NCBI GenBank assembly: GCA_016711215.1
Contig: JADJTL010000001.1
Span: forward strand, 1,144,067 to 1,208,066
DNA from: Pseudomonadota bacterium
Lineage (GTDB): Bacteria > Myxococcota_A > Polyangia > GCA-2747355
Direction of reading: 5' to 3'
Length of the DNA stretch: 64,000 nt
Shown here one piece after another: positions 37,631 to 47,932 of the stretch (positions are counted from its first letter, which is position 1; every line of letters begins with the position of its first letter). The notes under the pieces are model-generated. The model was given only the letters and a program-made list of their open reading frames with translations. It was not told the origin of the DNA and searched no databases. Position numbers and translations under genes: made by a program.

Positions 37631-39535
37631 TCAGTCGGCCAGCCGCACGTGCAGCTCGCGCAGCTGCGCCGCCTCCGCCGGGCCAGGAGCGCTGGTCAGC
37701 AGGCAGGTGCCCTTCTGGGTCTTGGGGAAGGCGATGACATCGCGCAGCGAGGTGGCGCCGCACATCAGCATCACCAGCCGATCGAGGCCGATGGCGATGC
37801 CGCCGTGCGGCGGGGGACCGAAGCGAAACGCCTCGAGCAGGAAGGAGAACTTGGCCTCGGCTTGTGCTGGGCTGAGGCCGATCGCGGTGAAGAGCTGCGC
37901 TTGGATCTCCGGCTCGTGATTGCGAATCGATCCGCCGGCGATCTCGACGCCGTTAAGCACGAAGTCGTAGGCGCGGGCGCGCACGGAGCCCTGCGCCGGG
38001 GTGCCGAGCAGCGGCAGGTCCTCCGGGCGCGGCGCGGTGAAGGGATGATGGCAGGCGACCCAGGCGCCAGCCTCGCTGCGCTCGAGCAGCGGAAAATCCG
38101 TGACCCAGAGCGGCGCCCAGGCAGCGTGGTCGATCAGCCCGAAGCGCTCGGCCATCTGCGCGCGCAGCAAGGCGAGCGCGTTGTTGGCGATGCCCGGTTG
38201 ATCGGCGAGGAAGAGCAGCACGTCGCCCGCCGTGGCGCCGAGCCGGGCGTCGATCGCGCGCATCGTCTCCGGCCGCAAGGCCTTGGCGAAGGGGGCCTGC
38301 CAGCTCGTCTCGCCAGCGGCCGGCTGTAGGCGCGCATAGGCCACGCCCTTGGCGCCGACCGGACGCACCAGCTCAGGTAGGGCGTCGAGGTCCTTGCGCG
38401 AGAGCTCGCTTGCGCGGCCGGGCAGGCGCAGCGCCTTGACGATCCCCCCGGCCTCGATCGCGCCGTCGAAGACGCGGAACCCAGAGCCGGCGCAGAGATC
38501 GCTGACGTCGGTCAGGCGCAGGTCATAGCGCAGATCGGGCTTGTCGCAGCCGTAGCTGGCGATGGCCTCCTGATACGTCATCCGCGGAAAGGGCACGGGA
38601 AGCGTCACGCCGAGCGCCTGGGTGAAGAGCCGGGCCATCAGGCGCTCGACGATGCCGTAGAGCAGCTCTTCATGGGCGAAGGCCAGCTCGAGGTCGATCT
38701 GCGTGAACTCGGGCTGCCGGTCACCGCGCAGATCCTCATCGCGGAAGCAGCGCACGATCTGGAAATAGCGGTCGAAGCCAGCCACCATCAGCAGCTGCTT
38801 GAAGAGCTGCGGCGACTCCGCCAGCGCGTAGAACTGCTGTGGGTTGAGGCGACTCGGCACCAAGAAGTTCCGCGCTCCACCCGGCGTGTGCTTGATCAGC
38901 ACCGGTGTCTCGAGCTCGAGAAAGCCCTCCGCGCTGAGCTGCTCACGCGTGGCGCTGCTAACCGCCGCCCGCAGCGCGAAGTTGCGCTGCAGGGCGGGGC
39001 GCCGCAGATCGAGGTAGCGGTAGCGCAGGCGCAGGCTTTCGCGCGTGTCGGTCTCGTCGTCGAGGGAGAAGGGCGGCGTTTGCGAGCGCGAGAGGATCTC
39101 GAGCTGCGCCACGCTGACCTCCACGGAGCCGGTTGGGAGCTTGGGATTGACGTTGTCGCCGCGGTCGGCGACGCGCCCGCGCACGGCGATGCAGAACTCG
39201 CCACGCAGATCGCCAGCCAGGCGATGAGCCTCGGCGCCGACATCCGCGCGAAAGACGAGCTGCGTGATGCCGTAGCGGTCGCGCAGGTCGACGAAGATCG
39301 CGCCGCCGTGATCGCGGCGGTTGGCGACCCAGCCCATCAGCACGACCTCCTGGTCGCGATGCTCGGGACGCAGGTCGCCGCAGGTATGGGTGCGACCGAC
39401 CGCCAGCAGGACGCTCGGCGTCGTGGCCGCGGCCTGCGGTGCGGCGGCGGGGTCGGCCGTTGACGAGACTGCGGACGGTGGTGCGGTAGTCGCGGTAGTG
39501 ATGTCGGACACGAGGACCTCCAGCGACCTCCTCAT
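37631..39535 (-). CDS. aspS: Aspartate--tRNA ligase
   Basis: RTHTCGDLR N-terminus, class II motifs (FRDEDLRGDRQPEFTQIDLE, GGSIRNH, GLDRLVMLM); true start probably downstream of the tracked Met. Confidence 0.9.
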   Translation of the reverse strand: MRRSLEVLVSDITTATTAPPSAVSSTADPAAAPQAAATTPSVLLAVGRTHTCGDLRPEHRDQEVVLMGWVANRRDHGGAIFVDLRDRYGITQLVFRADVGAEAHRLAGDLRGEFCIAVRGRVADRGDNVNPKLPTGSVEVSVAQLEILSRSQTPPFSLDDETDTRESLRLRYRYLDLRRPALQRNFALRAAVSSATREQLSAEGFLELETPVLIKHTPGGARNFLVPSRLNPQQFYALAESPQLFKQLLMVAGFDRYFQIVRCFRDEDLRGDRQPEFTQIDLELAFAHEELLYGIVERLMARLFTQALGVTLPVPFPRMTYQEAIASYGCDKPDLRYDLRLTDVSDLCAGSGFRVFDGAIEAGGIVKALRLPGRASELSRKDLDALPELVRPVGAKGVAYARLQPAAGETSWQAPFAKALRPETMRAIDARLGATAGDVLLFLADQPGIANNALALLRAQMAERFGLIDHAAWAPLWVTDFPLLERSEAGAWVACHHPFTAPRPEDLPLLGTPAQGSVRARAYDFVLNGVEIAGGSIRNHEPEIQAQLFTAIGLSPAQAEAKFSFLLEAFRFGPPPHGGIAIGLDRLVMLMCGATSLRDVIAFPKTQKGTCLLTSAPGPAEAAQLRELHVRLAD

Positions 39536-39733
39536 AGCCCGCTGCTCCCGGGCCCGTCAACGCAGCGGGTCGCTGCGCGATCGGTTCTTCGGCTCCTGGG
39601 CGCCAGGCGCCAGGCCGTGGCGCTGATCCCGCGCCGTCGGCAATGGGGCCTTACCAGTGGAGCATTGCCCGCGGGGCATTAGCGCTGGGGCATCGCATTG
39701 CCGTGGGCGATGAATAGTCATAGCGTACGCGCG

Positions 39734-40615
39734 ATGCGCATCGCTCACCTCTCGGATCTGCATCTGCGCACCGACCTGCCGATACCGCGCAGGGCGTGGC
39801 TGAGTCAGCGGGTCCTCGGCGCGATCAACCTGTCGCTGAGGCGCGGGCGGGAGTACCCGGAGCGCCTCGTCGAGGTGCTTTGGGCCGAGCTGAGGCAGGT
39901 GGCGCCCGATCATCTGATCGTCTCGGGCGAACTGACGAACCTCTCGCTGGGCGGCGAGTTCGAGCGGGCGCGGCGCGCGCTCCTGGCCCTGGGCCTGCCG
40001 AGCGCGGCGATCACGGTCGTCCCGGGCAATCATGACGCCTATACCTGGGGCAGCGTGCGCGACGGCGACTTCGCGCGGGTGATGGCTGACTTCCTGCACA
40101 CAGACCTGCCTAGCGGCAGTGCGGGGCCCTATCCGCTGGTGCATCTGCGCGGACCCGTCGCGATCGTCGGTCTCAGCAGCGCCGTATGGTCGCCGCCGCT
40201 GATGGCTACCGGCCGCGTGGGCGCGACCCAGCTCGCGGCCGCCGAGGCGCTGCTCGGCCATCCCGAGGTGCGCACGCGTACGCGAATCGTCGTCGTGCAT
40301 CACCCGCCGCGCTCGCCGCATGCACACTGGCATAAGCGGCTGGTCGACGGCGCGTCGCTGCTCGCGATGCTTGAGCGGACCGGCGCCGACCTGCTGCTCC
40401 ACGGCCATCTGCATCGAAGCTGCGCCGACAGTCTGCCCGGCCCCGCGGGCCAGGCGATCCGCGTGATCGGGCTGACCTCGAGCACCTGGCTCAGCCCGGA
40501 TCCCGCGCGGCGGGCGCGCTACAACCTCTTGGAGGTCGACGCCCCGGGCGCGTCGCCAAGGGTAGGGTCGCGCCGCTTCGCCCCGGCGCTGCGGGCCTTC
40601 GTCGCCGATTCCTGA
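39734..40615 (+). CDS. Metallophosphoesterase (calcineurin-like)
   Basis: MRIAHLSDLHL, GNHD, VVVHHPP, HGHLHR motifs. Confidence 0.75.
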   Translation: MRIAHLSDLHLRTDLPIPRRAWLSQRVLGAINLSLRRGREYPERLVEVLWAELRQVAPDHLIVSGELTNLSLGGEFERARRALLALGLPSAAITVVPGNHDAYTWGSVRDGDFARVMADFLHTDLPSGSAGPYPLVHLRGPVAIVGLSSAVWSPPLMATGRVGATQLAAAEALLGHPEVRTRTRIVVVHHPPRSPHAHWHKRLVDGASLLAMLERTGADLLLHGHLHRSCADSLPGPAGQAIRVIGLTSSTWLSPDPARRARYNLLEVDAPGASPRVGSRRFAPALRAFVADS

Positions 40616-40627
40616 GCGCCGCGGTCG

Positions 40628-41488
40628 TCAGTAGACCACGCCGGCGTAGCCGACGAAGCTGGCATTGGGGCGCACGTCGGCGCTGGTGGCGTAGCGCAGG
40701 CGCTCGCCGCTGCTCGCGCCCAAGCGCTGTGCGCATTGCCAGGCGGCGGCCACGGCACCAGGGCAACACGCATTGCGGTGCAGGCGGCCGGTTTGCAGCA
40801 CCTCGAGGGGCGTGCCCTCACAGGCTGCGGCGAGGAAGAGCGGGTCATTGGTCTCGCGCACCCAGCGCTCGGCGCCGGCGCCGCTGCCCTGTGGCGTCCA
40901 GCCGTAGTTCGGACCGTAGTGCGTCAAGTCCGTCGAGGCGATCACCGCGATCGGACGGCCGAGTCGTCTCGCGGCCTCGACCACGGCGTCCGCGAGCTGC
41001 AGCGTCGCGGCCCGCGGCGGCGCGCCGAGGATCACGAGGCGCGCGGCCGGGAAGAAATGCTTGATCAGCGGAAACACCACCTCGGCGGAGTTGTCCTGCG
41101 TGTGGTTGAGGGGGCTCTCCGCGCGCAGCGGCGCGGCGGTGGCGAGCTGCTGCACGAGGGCCTCATCGGTGTCGAGCGGGCCGAAGGGCGTCCAGCACTG
41201 GCCGTGCTGCATCACCGTGCTCGCGGCGTCGGGCCCGAGGTGGCCAGCGAAGAGCACGATCGTCTCGGAGGCGCTGGCGGCCGCAGCGAGCTCGCGCACG
41301 ACGTTGTAGGCGATCGCGCCAGAGAAGGCCCAGCCGGCGTGCGGCACGATGCCCCCGACGAGCTGCGTGCGCTGGCTGTCGACCGCGCCGCGCTCGAAGC
41401 GACCGAAGCTCGCCTGGCAGCCCGCGGGCGTCGCGGGATACCAGCTTCCGGCCAACTCGGCCACGCGAAGCTGTTGCGGTCTGGCCAT
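40628..41488 (-). CDS. Memo1-family protein (AmmeMemoRadiSam system protein B-like)
   Basis: VPHAGWAFSG motif and Memo-like length; no adjacent AMMECR1 or radical SAM partner in the window. Confidence 0.6.
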   Translation of the reverse strand: MARPQQLRVAELAGSWYPATPAGCQASFGRFERGAVDSQRTQLVGGIVPHAGWAFSGAIAYNVVRELAAAASASETIVLFAGHLGPDAASTVMQHGQCWTPFGPLDTDEALVQQLATAAPLRAESPLNHTQDNSAEVVFPLIKHFFPAARLVILGAPPRAATLQLADAVVEAARRLGRPIAVIASTDLTHYGPNYGWTPQGSGAGAERWVRETNDPLFLAAACEGTPLEVLQTGRLHRNACCPGAVAAAWQCAQRLGASSGERLRYATSADVRPNASFVGYAGVVY

Positions 41489-41678
41489 CGATCGCTCCCC
41501 GCGCGGCCGCGCGAGGTTCGCCCGCGCAACAGGTTTCGCCCGCGCAACACAGAGTGCCACTCGTGGCGGTGAGGTCAACGTTATCGCCCGGGCGGCCGGG
41601 GTCGTGGTGGCAGCGGGGCGTGTATACTCCCGCCCGAGGCGCGCGGCGCTTGACGGGGAACGCGCGCGGGATGGGGAG

Positions 41679-43004
41679 ATGATGAACGCATTGGACGAGC
41701 GACTGGATCGGGCCGATGAGGCGTGGATCGCCGGACAACAGGCCGCGGCGCTGCGCCGCTACTGCGAGCTGCTGCGCGGGGCGCCTGATTCCCTCTACCT
41801 CTGGTATCGCACGGCGGCTGCTTTGGGCGCGCTGCAGGGCTGGGCGGAGGCCGCGCGGGGGCTCGAGCTCTGCGCAGAGGCGCTCGCGGAGCAGGGCCAG
41901 CTCCTGCTCGCCTTGGGCGCGGCGCAGGACCTCGGGCACGCCGATCCTGCTGCGGCTGCGCGGGTCCTGCGCGCGATCGCCGAGCGCTATGGTGCCGGCT
42001 CCCCGCGTCTGGCCACGGGGCGATCGAAGCCGCCCCCGCCACCGGCCCCCGACGCCATTGCTCCCGAGCCCGAGGAGCTGAGGGTGGCCGAGGGCCCGGC
42101 CTTGTTTGCGTTGGCGCATGAGCTTTGCGGCGACGCGCTCCAGCACTGGCGCCGGATCAGCGCGGAGCCCTCCCCGCTGCCGCCCCACGCGCTCCTTTCG
42201 GCGCTCAGCGCGGAGGATATCGTCGAGCTCGGTGGCCTCCTGCAGCGGCGCGAGCTGGCGGCGGGAACGGTGATCGTGCGGCAGGGCGACGCGGGGACCT
42301 CGCTCTTCCTGCTCGCGCATGGGCTGGTGGCGGTGGAGCGCGACGGCGTGACGCTGGCGCACCTGCGGCCCGGCGCGTTCTTCGGCGAGATGGCCCTGCT
42401 GACGCAGGAAGGGCGCCTGGCCAGCGTCACGGCTGAGCGGCCGGCGCTGGTCTTCGAGTTGGCGCGCGGCGCGCTCGAGGACGCCGTCAGCGGTGCACCG
42501 CGCCTGGCCGAGGGGCTCGCGCGTGCGGCGCGGCAGCGCCTGTTGCGGGCGCTGCTTGCGACCTCGCCGCTCTTTCGGCCCCTCGAGCCCGAGCGGCGCG
42601 AGGCGTTGGTCGCGCTCTTCAGCGCGCAGGTCTATGAACGCGGTGAGGTGGTCGTGCACGAGGGGGGGGCGGCCGAGGGGCTCTACGTCGTGCTCAGCGG
42701 CACCGTGCGCGTGGTTCGCGACGACCAGGGGGAGCCGCTGCTGCTGGCCGACTTCGGTCCGGGGCAGGTCTTCGGTGAGATCTCGCTGCTGCACCAACGT
42801 CCGGCCACAGCGACCGTGACAGCCGTCGACCGCGCCGTCGTGCTCTGTCTACCGCGCGCGGCCTTCAATGCGCACGTCAGTGAGTTCCCCGAAGTGGTGG
42901 CGCACGCCTATCAGCTCGCCCTCGAGCGCGAGGCCAGCAACGCCGAGCTGGGGCGGAGCCGACCGCTTCTCATCGACGAGCTCGATGGCGCAGTGATCGT
43001 CTAG
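41679..43004 (+). CDS. Protein with two cyclic-nucleotide-binding (cNMP) domains
   Basis: Two copies of the cNMP fold signature (GDAGTSLFLLAHG...FFGEMALL and GGAAEGLYVVLSG...FGEISLL); start at internal MMNALDERL. Confidence 0.7.
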   Translation: MMNALDERLDRADEAWIAGQQAAALRRYCELLRGAPDSLYLWYRTAAALGALQGWAEAARGLELCAEALAEQGQLLLALGAAQDLGHADPAAAARVLRAIAERYGAGSPRLATGRSKPPPPPAPDAIAPEPEELRVAEGPALFALAHELCGDALQHWRRISAEPSPLPPHALLSALSAEDIVELGGLLQRRELAAGTVIVRQGDAGTSLFLLAHGLVAVERDGVTLAHLRPGAFFGEMALLTQEGRLASVTAERPALVFELARGALEDAVSGAPRLAEGLARAARQRLLRALLATSPLFRPLEPERREALVALFSAQVYERGEVVVHEGGAAEGLYVVLSGTVRVVRDDQGEPLLLADFGPGQVFGEISLLHQRPATATVTAVDRAVVLCLPRAAFNAHVSEFPEVVAHAYQLALEREASNAELGRSRPLLIDELDGAVIV

Positions 43005-43116
43005 TCGCGCGTCAGACGGGCGTCCTGATTCCGCGTGGCGGGAGCCTTGCCAAGGCTCCGGCTGCTGATCTAGAGAGCTGATCCCACAGGGGCGTGAAGC
43101 GAGGAGGAGGGGTCGA

Positions 43117-44460
43117 ATGTTGCAGATAGGGACGAGGCGCGCGCTGCTCGCCTGTGTCGGTCTGGTGGGCGTGCTCGCGTGTGTCGAGCAAGAGCCCGAT
43201 CGCCCGACCGCCACCGACTGGGCGGCGATCGGCAAGCAGTTGCTCAAGAGCGATCCCAAACCGCAGTTTCCGGTGAACGCCGACCTCGAGGGCAAGGTGA
43301 TCTACCTCGGGCTCGATGTCAGCCCGCAGCCGATCATCGCCGGCAAGCCCTTCACGCTGACGCACTACTGGCGAGTCAAGCAACCGGTGCCGGGCTGGGA
43401 GACCTTTACGCATCTCACCGACCCCAGCCTGAAGCAGTTCATCAACGCCGACCACCGGGCGATCGGTGGTCGGTATCCGGCGAGCATGTGGAAGGCCGGC
43501 GACGTGATTCGCGACGAGCACACCGTCTCGCTGCCCGCAGGGTGGCCGGCGACCCGACTCGAGGTCTTCACGGGGCTCTGGCGCGAGAGCCTGCGGATGC
43601 GGATCAAGGGCCCGCAGGACGATAAGAGTCGCGTGCTCGCCGCTTCGATCCCCGTCGCTGCCGGCCCGACGACCCGTCAGGAGCGCCCAGCGTTGGTGCG
43701 TCTGATCGCGCGACAGGCCACGGGCGCGCTGAAGATCGATGGCAAGCTCGACGAGGCGAGCTGGCGCGCGGCCGCGCCCACCGGCGCCTTCGTCGATACC
43801 TTGACCGGCGCGGCCGGCGAGGTGAGGACGACCGCCCGGATGCTTTGGGACGCGCGCGGGCTCTATGTCGCCTTCGAGAACGCCGACAGCGACATCTGGA
43901 CCACCCTGAAGCAGCGCGACGACAAGCTCTGGACCCAGGAGGCCGTCGAGATCTTCCTCGACGCCGACGGGGACGGGCGCGACTACATCGAGCTGCAGGT
44001 CAACCCAGCCGGCGCGATCTTCGACAGCTACCTGTCCGACTACCGCGAGAACGACAATGCGTGGAACTCGGCGATCGAGGCCGCAGTGCAGGTCGACGGC
44101 ACGCTAGACCGGCGGGACGACGTGGACCGTAGCTGGACGGTGGAGCTCTTCTTGCCGTGGCGCGACGTGCGCGGCAAGGAGGGCGTGGTGGGCCTGGGCA
44201 CACCCCCCTCCCTCGGCGACCGCTGGCGGATCAACTTCTTCCGGCTTGATGCCCCGAAGGGGAAGGCGCAGCTTGCGGTCGGATGGTCGCCCCCGCTGGT
44301 CGGCGACTTCCATAAGGTCGACCGCTTCGGTGAGCTGGTTTTCGGCGACGCGACCGGTGCCACCGTCGCCGCCACGGCCACGCCTCCAGCCCCTGCCGCA
44401 GCGGCGAAGGCCGCGCTCAGCACGACGAAGCAGAAGCAACACAGGCCGGCGCAGAAGTAG
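43117..44460 (+). CDS. Lipoprotein with CBM9-like / DOMON-like carbohydrate-binding domain
   Basis: Lipobox VLAC; DGKLDEASW...GLYVAFE...EAVEIFLDADGDGRDYIELQVNPAG pattern resembling family-9 carbohydrate-binding modules. Confidence 0.45.
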   Translation: MLQIGTRRALLACVGLVGVLACVEQEPDRPTATDWAAIGKQLLKSDPKPQFPVNADLEGKVIYLGLDVSPQPIIAGKPFTLTHYWRVKQPVPGWETFTHLTDPSLKQFINADHRAIGGRYPASMWKAGDVIRDEHTVSLPAGWPATRLEVFTGLWRESLRMRIKGPQDDKSRVLAASIPVAAGPTTRQERPALVRLIARQATGALKIDGKLDEASWRAAAPTGAFVDTLTGAAGEVRTTARMLWDARGLYVAFENADSDIWTTLKQRDDKLWTQEAVEIFLDADGDGRDYIELQVNPAGAIFDSYLSDYRENDNAWNSAIEAAVQVDGTLDRRDDVDRSWTVELFLPWRDVRGKEGVVGLGTPPSLGDRWRINFFRLDAPKGKAQLAVGWSPPLVGDFHKVDRFGELVFGDATGATVAATATPPAPAAAAKAALSTTKQKQHRPAQK

Positions 44461-44468
44461 CAGCTCCC

Positions 44469-45986
44469 GTGGCGCTCTCAGCGGCGGCGGCGGATGCGCA
44501 GCCCGTTCTGCGCCCTGGCGTTAGCGCGCAGGAGCGGCGCAGGCGAGCCTTGCGGCGCGGCGCTGCGCTGGCCGTGGCCAGCGTTGGGTTGACGGCCTGC
44601 GCCTCCTCGCGCCCCCTCTCCCCAGGCGCCCGCCCGGCGCTGTCGCCAGGGCTGTCGCCAGGCGCGTCGGCCACGAGGTCGCGCGTCTCGCTCCGACCCG
44701 GTGGCGCGCCGGCGACCCACTACGGGCTGGCGTCACCCTGGCTACCTCAGGGCGTCGCCCTTCGCCTTGCCGCCGCAGTCGGGCGCGCAGCGCGCGATGC
44801 GCAGGTGCCGTCGCCATGGCTCGACCGCGAGGCGGTTCAGGCCGCGCGCGACGTTTGCCGCGGACTGCCGCGCGCAGGCCCGCCGTCCCCCCGGCTGCTG
44901 GAGTTCGCGCTGCGGACGCGGGGATTGATCGAGCCGTTGCCCGATGTCGTGGTCGGCGACTGGCTGGCTACCGGGACTGAGCATGCCGCGGAGGCGCTGC
45001 GAGAGCGCCTTGCCGGCCTGCTGAAGCGGACGCGCTACGCCCGGGCGGGCGTCGCGGTCTGTCGATCGCTGCTTCGACCCGAACGCCGGCGCGTCGTCGC
45101 GCTGCTCTTGGAGAGCGCTGTGCGACTGGAGCCAGTGCCGCGCCAGGCGGCACTGGGGCAGCGCCTGCGCCTCCGCTTCCTGCGCCGCCAGCCCGGTCCC
45201 GCCCTCGCGTTGACCGTGACCTTTCCAGACGGGAGCGTGCGCGGCCTGCCGCTGCAGGTCCGCCAGGGCGGCTACGATGCCCTGGTCACCTGCGAAGCGC
45301 GCGGAAGGTACCGGATCGAGATCAGCGGGGAGGGCCCCTACGGCGACGAGGTGCTGGCGAACTTCCCGCTCGATTGCGCCGCCGCGCCGCCCACCACGCT
45401 CGAATTGCCGCCGAGCGCGCCGACGCTTGGGGCTGGGCCATCGACTGGGCTATCGACTGGGCCATCGACTGGGCTATCGACTGGGCCATCGACTGGGCTA
45501 TCGACTGGGCTATCGACTGGGCCCGCCGGATCGACGGCGGAGCAACTCGAGGCGGAGCTGTCGCTGCTGACGGCGACGCTACGCAGCCGATCGGGTCGGG
45601 CGGCGCTCGAGCCCGACGCGACGCTGGCCGGCGTGGCCCGCCGGCACGCGGAGGACATGCTAGCGCAGGGCTATCTCGGACATCGGGCGCCGCGCTTTGG
45701 CGGGCCGGTCGAGCGATTGCGCCGCGCTGGCCTGGCCTGTGCCGTGCTGCGCGAGAACGTCGCGCGTGGCTACGCTGTAGACGAGCTGTTGCACGCGTTG
45801 GCCGAGAGCCCTGCCCACCGCGCCAACCTGCTCGCCGAGGACGTCACGACCCTCGGCAGCGGCCTGGCCATTGACAGGGAGGCTCAGCCGCCCGTGCTCT
45901 TCGTGGCCCAGCTCTTCGCGGGGGGCCCCTGCACGCGTGTCACCCCCACGCCTGCTGCCTCCACGCCCGTCGCCCCCACGCGTTGA
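44469..45986 (+). CDS. Lipoprotein with C-terminal CAP (YkwD-like/SCP) domain and internal GPSTGLSTG repeat
   Basis: Lipobox LTAC; C-terminal HAEDMLAQGYLGHRAP...RENVARGY...SPAHRANLL matches the CAP/YkwD pattern. Confidence 0.6.
   Translation: MALSAAAADAQPVLRPGVSAQERRRRALRRGAALAVASVGLTACASSRPLSPGARPALSPGLSPGASATRSRVSLRPGGAPATHYGLASPWLPQGVALRLAAAVGRAARDAQVPSPWLDREAVQAARDVCRGLPRAGPPSPRLLEFALRTRGLIEPLPDVVVGDWLATGTEHAAEALRERLAGLLKRTRYARAGVAVCRSLLRPERRRVVALLLESAVRLEPVPRQAALGQRLRLRFLRRQPGPALALTVTFPDGSVRGLPLQVRQGGYDALVTCEARGRYRIEISGEGPYGDEVLANFPLDCAAAPPTTLELPPSAPTLGAGPSTGLSTGPSTGLSTGPSTGLSTGLSTGPAGSTAEQLEAELSLLTATLRSRSGRAALEPDATLAGVARRHAEDMLAQGYLGHRAPRFGGPVERLRRAGLACAVLRENVARGYAVDELLHALAESPAHRANLLAEDVTTLGSGLAIDREAQPPVLFVAQLFAGGPCTRVTPTPAASTPVAPTR
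45430..45522 (+). repeat. In-frame tandem repeat, 12-bp unit GGCCATCGACTG/GGCTATCGACTG, about 7-8 copies, inside the CAP-domain gene
   Basis: Direct reading; encodes (GPST/GLST) repeats. Confidence 0.85.
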
Positions 45987-46042
45987 CCGGCGGCGAAACC
46001 GCATGCTAGAGACCCGCGCGGCGGGTGGACGCCGTGTGCGAG

Positions 46043-46074
46043 GCCGCGACAGACCGCGACAGACCGCGACAGAC
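46043..46074. repeat. Tandem repeat, 10-bp unit CGCGACAGAC, about 3 copies, upstream of mtnP
   Basis: Direct reading: gccgcgacagaccgcgacagaccgcgacagacgggg. Confidence 0.8.
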
Positions 46075-46087
46075 GGGGAGTGTGCGA

Positions 46088-46987
46088 ATGTCGGCTCCAG
46101 CCATTGGCGTGGTCGGTGGAAGCGGTCTCTACGAGATCGAGGGCCTCACCCAGGCGCGTGAGCTGCGGCTGGAGACGCCCTTTGGTGCGCCCTCGGACGC
46201 CTACGTCGTCGGCGAGCTCGCCGGGCGACGGGCAGTCTTCCTCCCACGGCATGGCCGCGGCCATCGCTTGCTGCCGGGCGAGATCAACTACCGCGCCAAC
46301 GTGCACGGCTTCAAGCAGCTCGGCGTGCGCTGGCTGGTCTCTGTCAGCGCCGTCGGCAGCATGCGCGAGCAGATCGCGCCGGGTGAGCTGGTTATCGTCG
46401 ATCAGTTCATCGATCGGACGCAGGGTCGCGCGGGCAGCTTCTTCGGCGAGGGCGTCGTCGGCCACGTTCAATTCGCGGATCCGATCTGTGGCGGGCTCGC
46501 CGCGGTGTTGGCCGCGGCGGCCGAGCAGAGCGGGGCAGTGGTGCATCGCGGTGGCACCTACCTTTGCATCGAGGGGCCCCAGTTCTCGACCCGCGCCGAG
46601 TCCCGGCTCTACCGGCAGTGGGGCGTGGACGTGATCGGCATGACCAACCTGCCCGAGGCGCGCCTGGCCCGCGAAGCCGGCATTTGCTACGCGACCTTGG
46701 CGATGGCCACCGACTATGACTGTTGGCATGAGGGCCACGAGGACGTCTCGGTGCAGGCCGTCCTCGCTGTCATGGCCGGCAACGTCCAGCGCGCGCGCGG
46801 TATTCTCGCCGCGACGATTCGCACCGTCGATCTCGGCGGCGCCTGTCCGCATGCCGAGGCTGGACGACGGGCGGTGGTGAGCTCGCCGGAGGGCCTCGAC
46901 CCCCGCAGTCGATCGCGCTTGGACGTTATCCTCGGCGAGAGCATCGCCAGCGAAAATCGCCCCCAGGCAGAAGGACCTGCCAAATGA
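46088..46987 (+). CDS. mtnP: S-methyl-5'-thioadenosine phosphorylase
   Basis: IGVVGGSGLY N-terminus, PNP/MTAP family pattern (GMTNLPEARLAREAGICYA). Confidence 0.8.
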   Translation: MSAPAIGVVGGSGLYEIEGLTQARELRLETPFGAPSDAYVVGELAGRRAVFLPRHGRGHRLLPGEINYRANVHGFKQLGVRWLVSVSAVGSMREQIAPGELVIVDQFIDRTQGRAGSFFGEGVVGHVQFADPICGGLAAVLAAAAEQSGAVVHRGGTYLCIEGPQFSTRAESRLYRQWGVDVIGMTNLPEARLAREAGICYATLAMATDYDCWHEGHEDVSVQAVLAVMAGNVQRARGILAATIRTVDLGGACPHAEAGRRAVVSSPEGLDPRSRSRLDVILGESIASENRPQAEGPAK

Positions 46988-47901
46988 GCCTGCTCGTCGT
47001 CGGCAGCGTGGCGCTCGACTCGGTCACCACCCCCCTCGATGCTCGCGAAGAGATGCTCGGCGGCTCGGCGTCGTTCTTTGCCATGGTCGCCTCGCTGATT
47101 ACGCCCGTGCGCCTGGTGGCGGTGGTCGGGGAGGACTTCCCCGCGGAACACCTGGCGCTCTTGCGCGAGCGCGGCGTTGACCTGGAGGGGTTGCAGCGGA
47201 CGCCAGGACGCACCTTTCGCTGGCGCGGGCGCTACCTCCCCAACTTCGTCGACCGCGAGACGCTCGATACTCAGCTCAACGTCTTCGAGCACTTCCATCC
47301 GCGACTGCCCGCGCCTTGGCGCGACTCGCGCTACGTATTCCTCGGCAACATCGCTCCACAGCTGCAGCTCGAGGTGCTGCAGCAGGTCCAGCGACCGGCG
47401 CTGGTCGGCTGCGACACGATGAACTTCTGGCTGCACGAGCCCTGTGTGACGACGTTGAAGGAGGTGCTGAAACGCACCCAGGTGCTCTTCCTCAACGATG
47501 AGGAGGCGCGCCTGCTCTCGGGTCAGCATAACCTCGTCAAGGCGGCCGCGGCGATCCGCCTGCTCGGCGTGGATCATGTGGTGATCAAGCGCGGCGACGC
47601 CGGGGCGCTGCTCTTCGACGACGGTGGGCCCTTCTGGGCGCCGGCCCTTCCGCTCGCGCAGGTGGTCGACCCGACGGGCGCAGGGGACTGCTTTGCCGGC
47701 GGCTTCATGGCGTACCTGGCGCACACCGGCGACCTCGGCCTGGCCAATATCCGGCGCGCGATGATCTTCGGTAGCACGACGGCCTCCTTCGCCGTCGAGG
47801 ATTTCAGCGTCGACCGCTTTCGCTCGGTGAGCCGCGCTGACCTGTTGCAGCGTTGTGCTGAGTTCGCGCGCCTCGTGCACTTCGATCCGGTGCAGCTCTA
47901 G
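46984..47901 (+). CDS. PfkB-family carbohydrate/nucleoside kinase
   Basis: PfkB signature [13 protein letters not shown]; start overlaps the mtnP stop. Confidence 0.75.
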   Translation: MSLLVVGSVALDSVTTPLDAREEMLGGSASFFAMVASLITPVRLVAVVGEDFPAEHLALLRERGVDLEGLQRTPGRTFRWRGRYLPNFVDRETLDTQLNVFEHFHPRLPAPWRDSRYVFLGNIAPQLQLEVLQQVQRPALVGCDTMNFWLHEPCVTTLKEVLKRTQVLFLNDEEARLLSGQHNLVKAAAAIRLLGVDHVVIKRGDAGALLFDDGGPFWAPALPLAQVVDPTGAGDCFAGGFMAYLAHTGDLGLANIRRAMIFGSTTASFAVEDFSVDRFRSVSRADLLQRCAEFARLVHFDPVQL

Positions 47902-47932
47902 GGCGCCGCGCGGGACGCGCCTCAGGTCGTTC

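Noticed and set aside
41163-42797. 544-aa minus-strand ORF antisense to the cNMP-binding protein
   Set aside because: Arg-rich nonsense; the plus-strand product has two clear cNMP-binding signatures.
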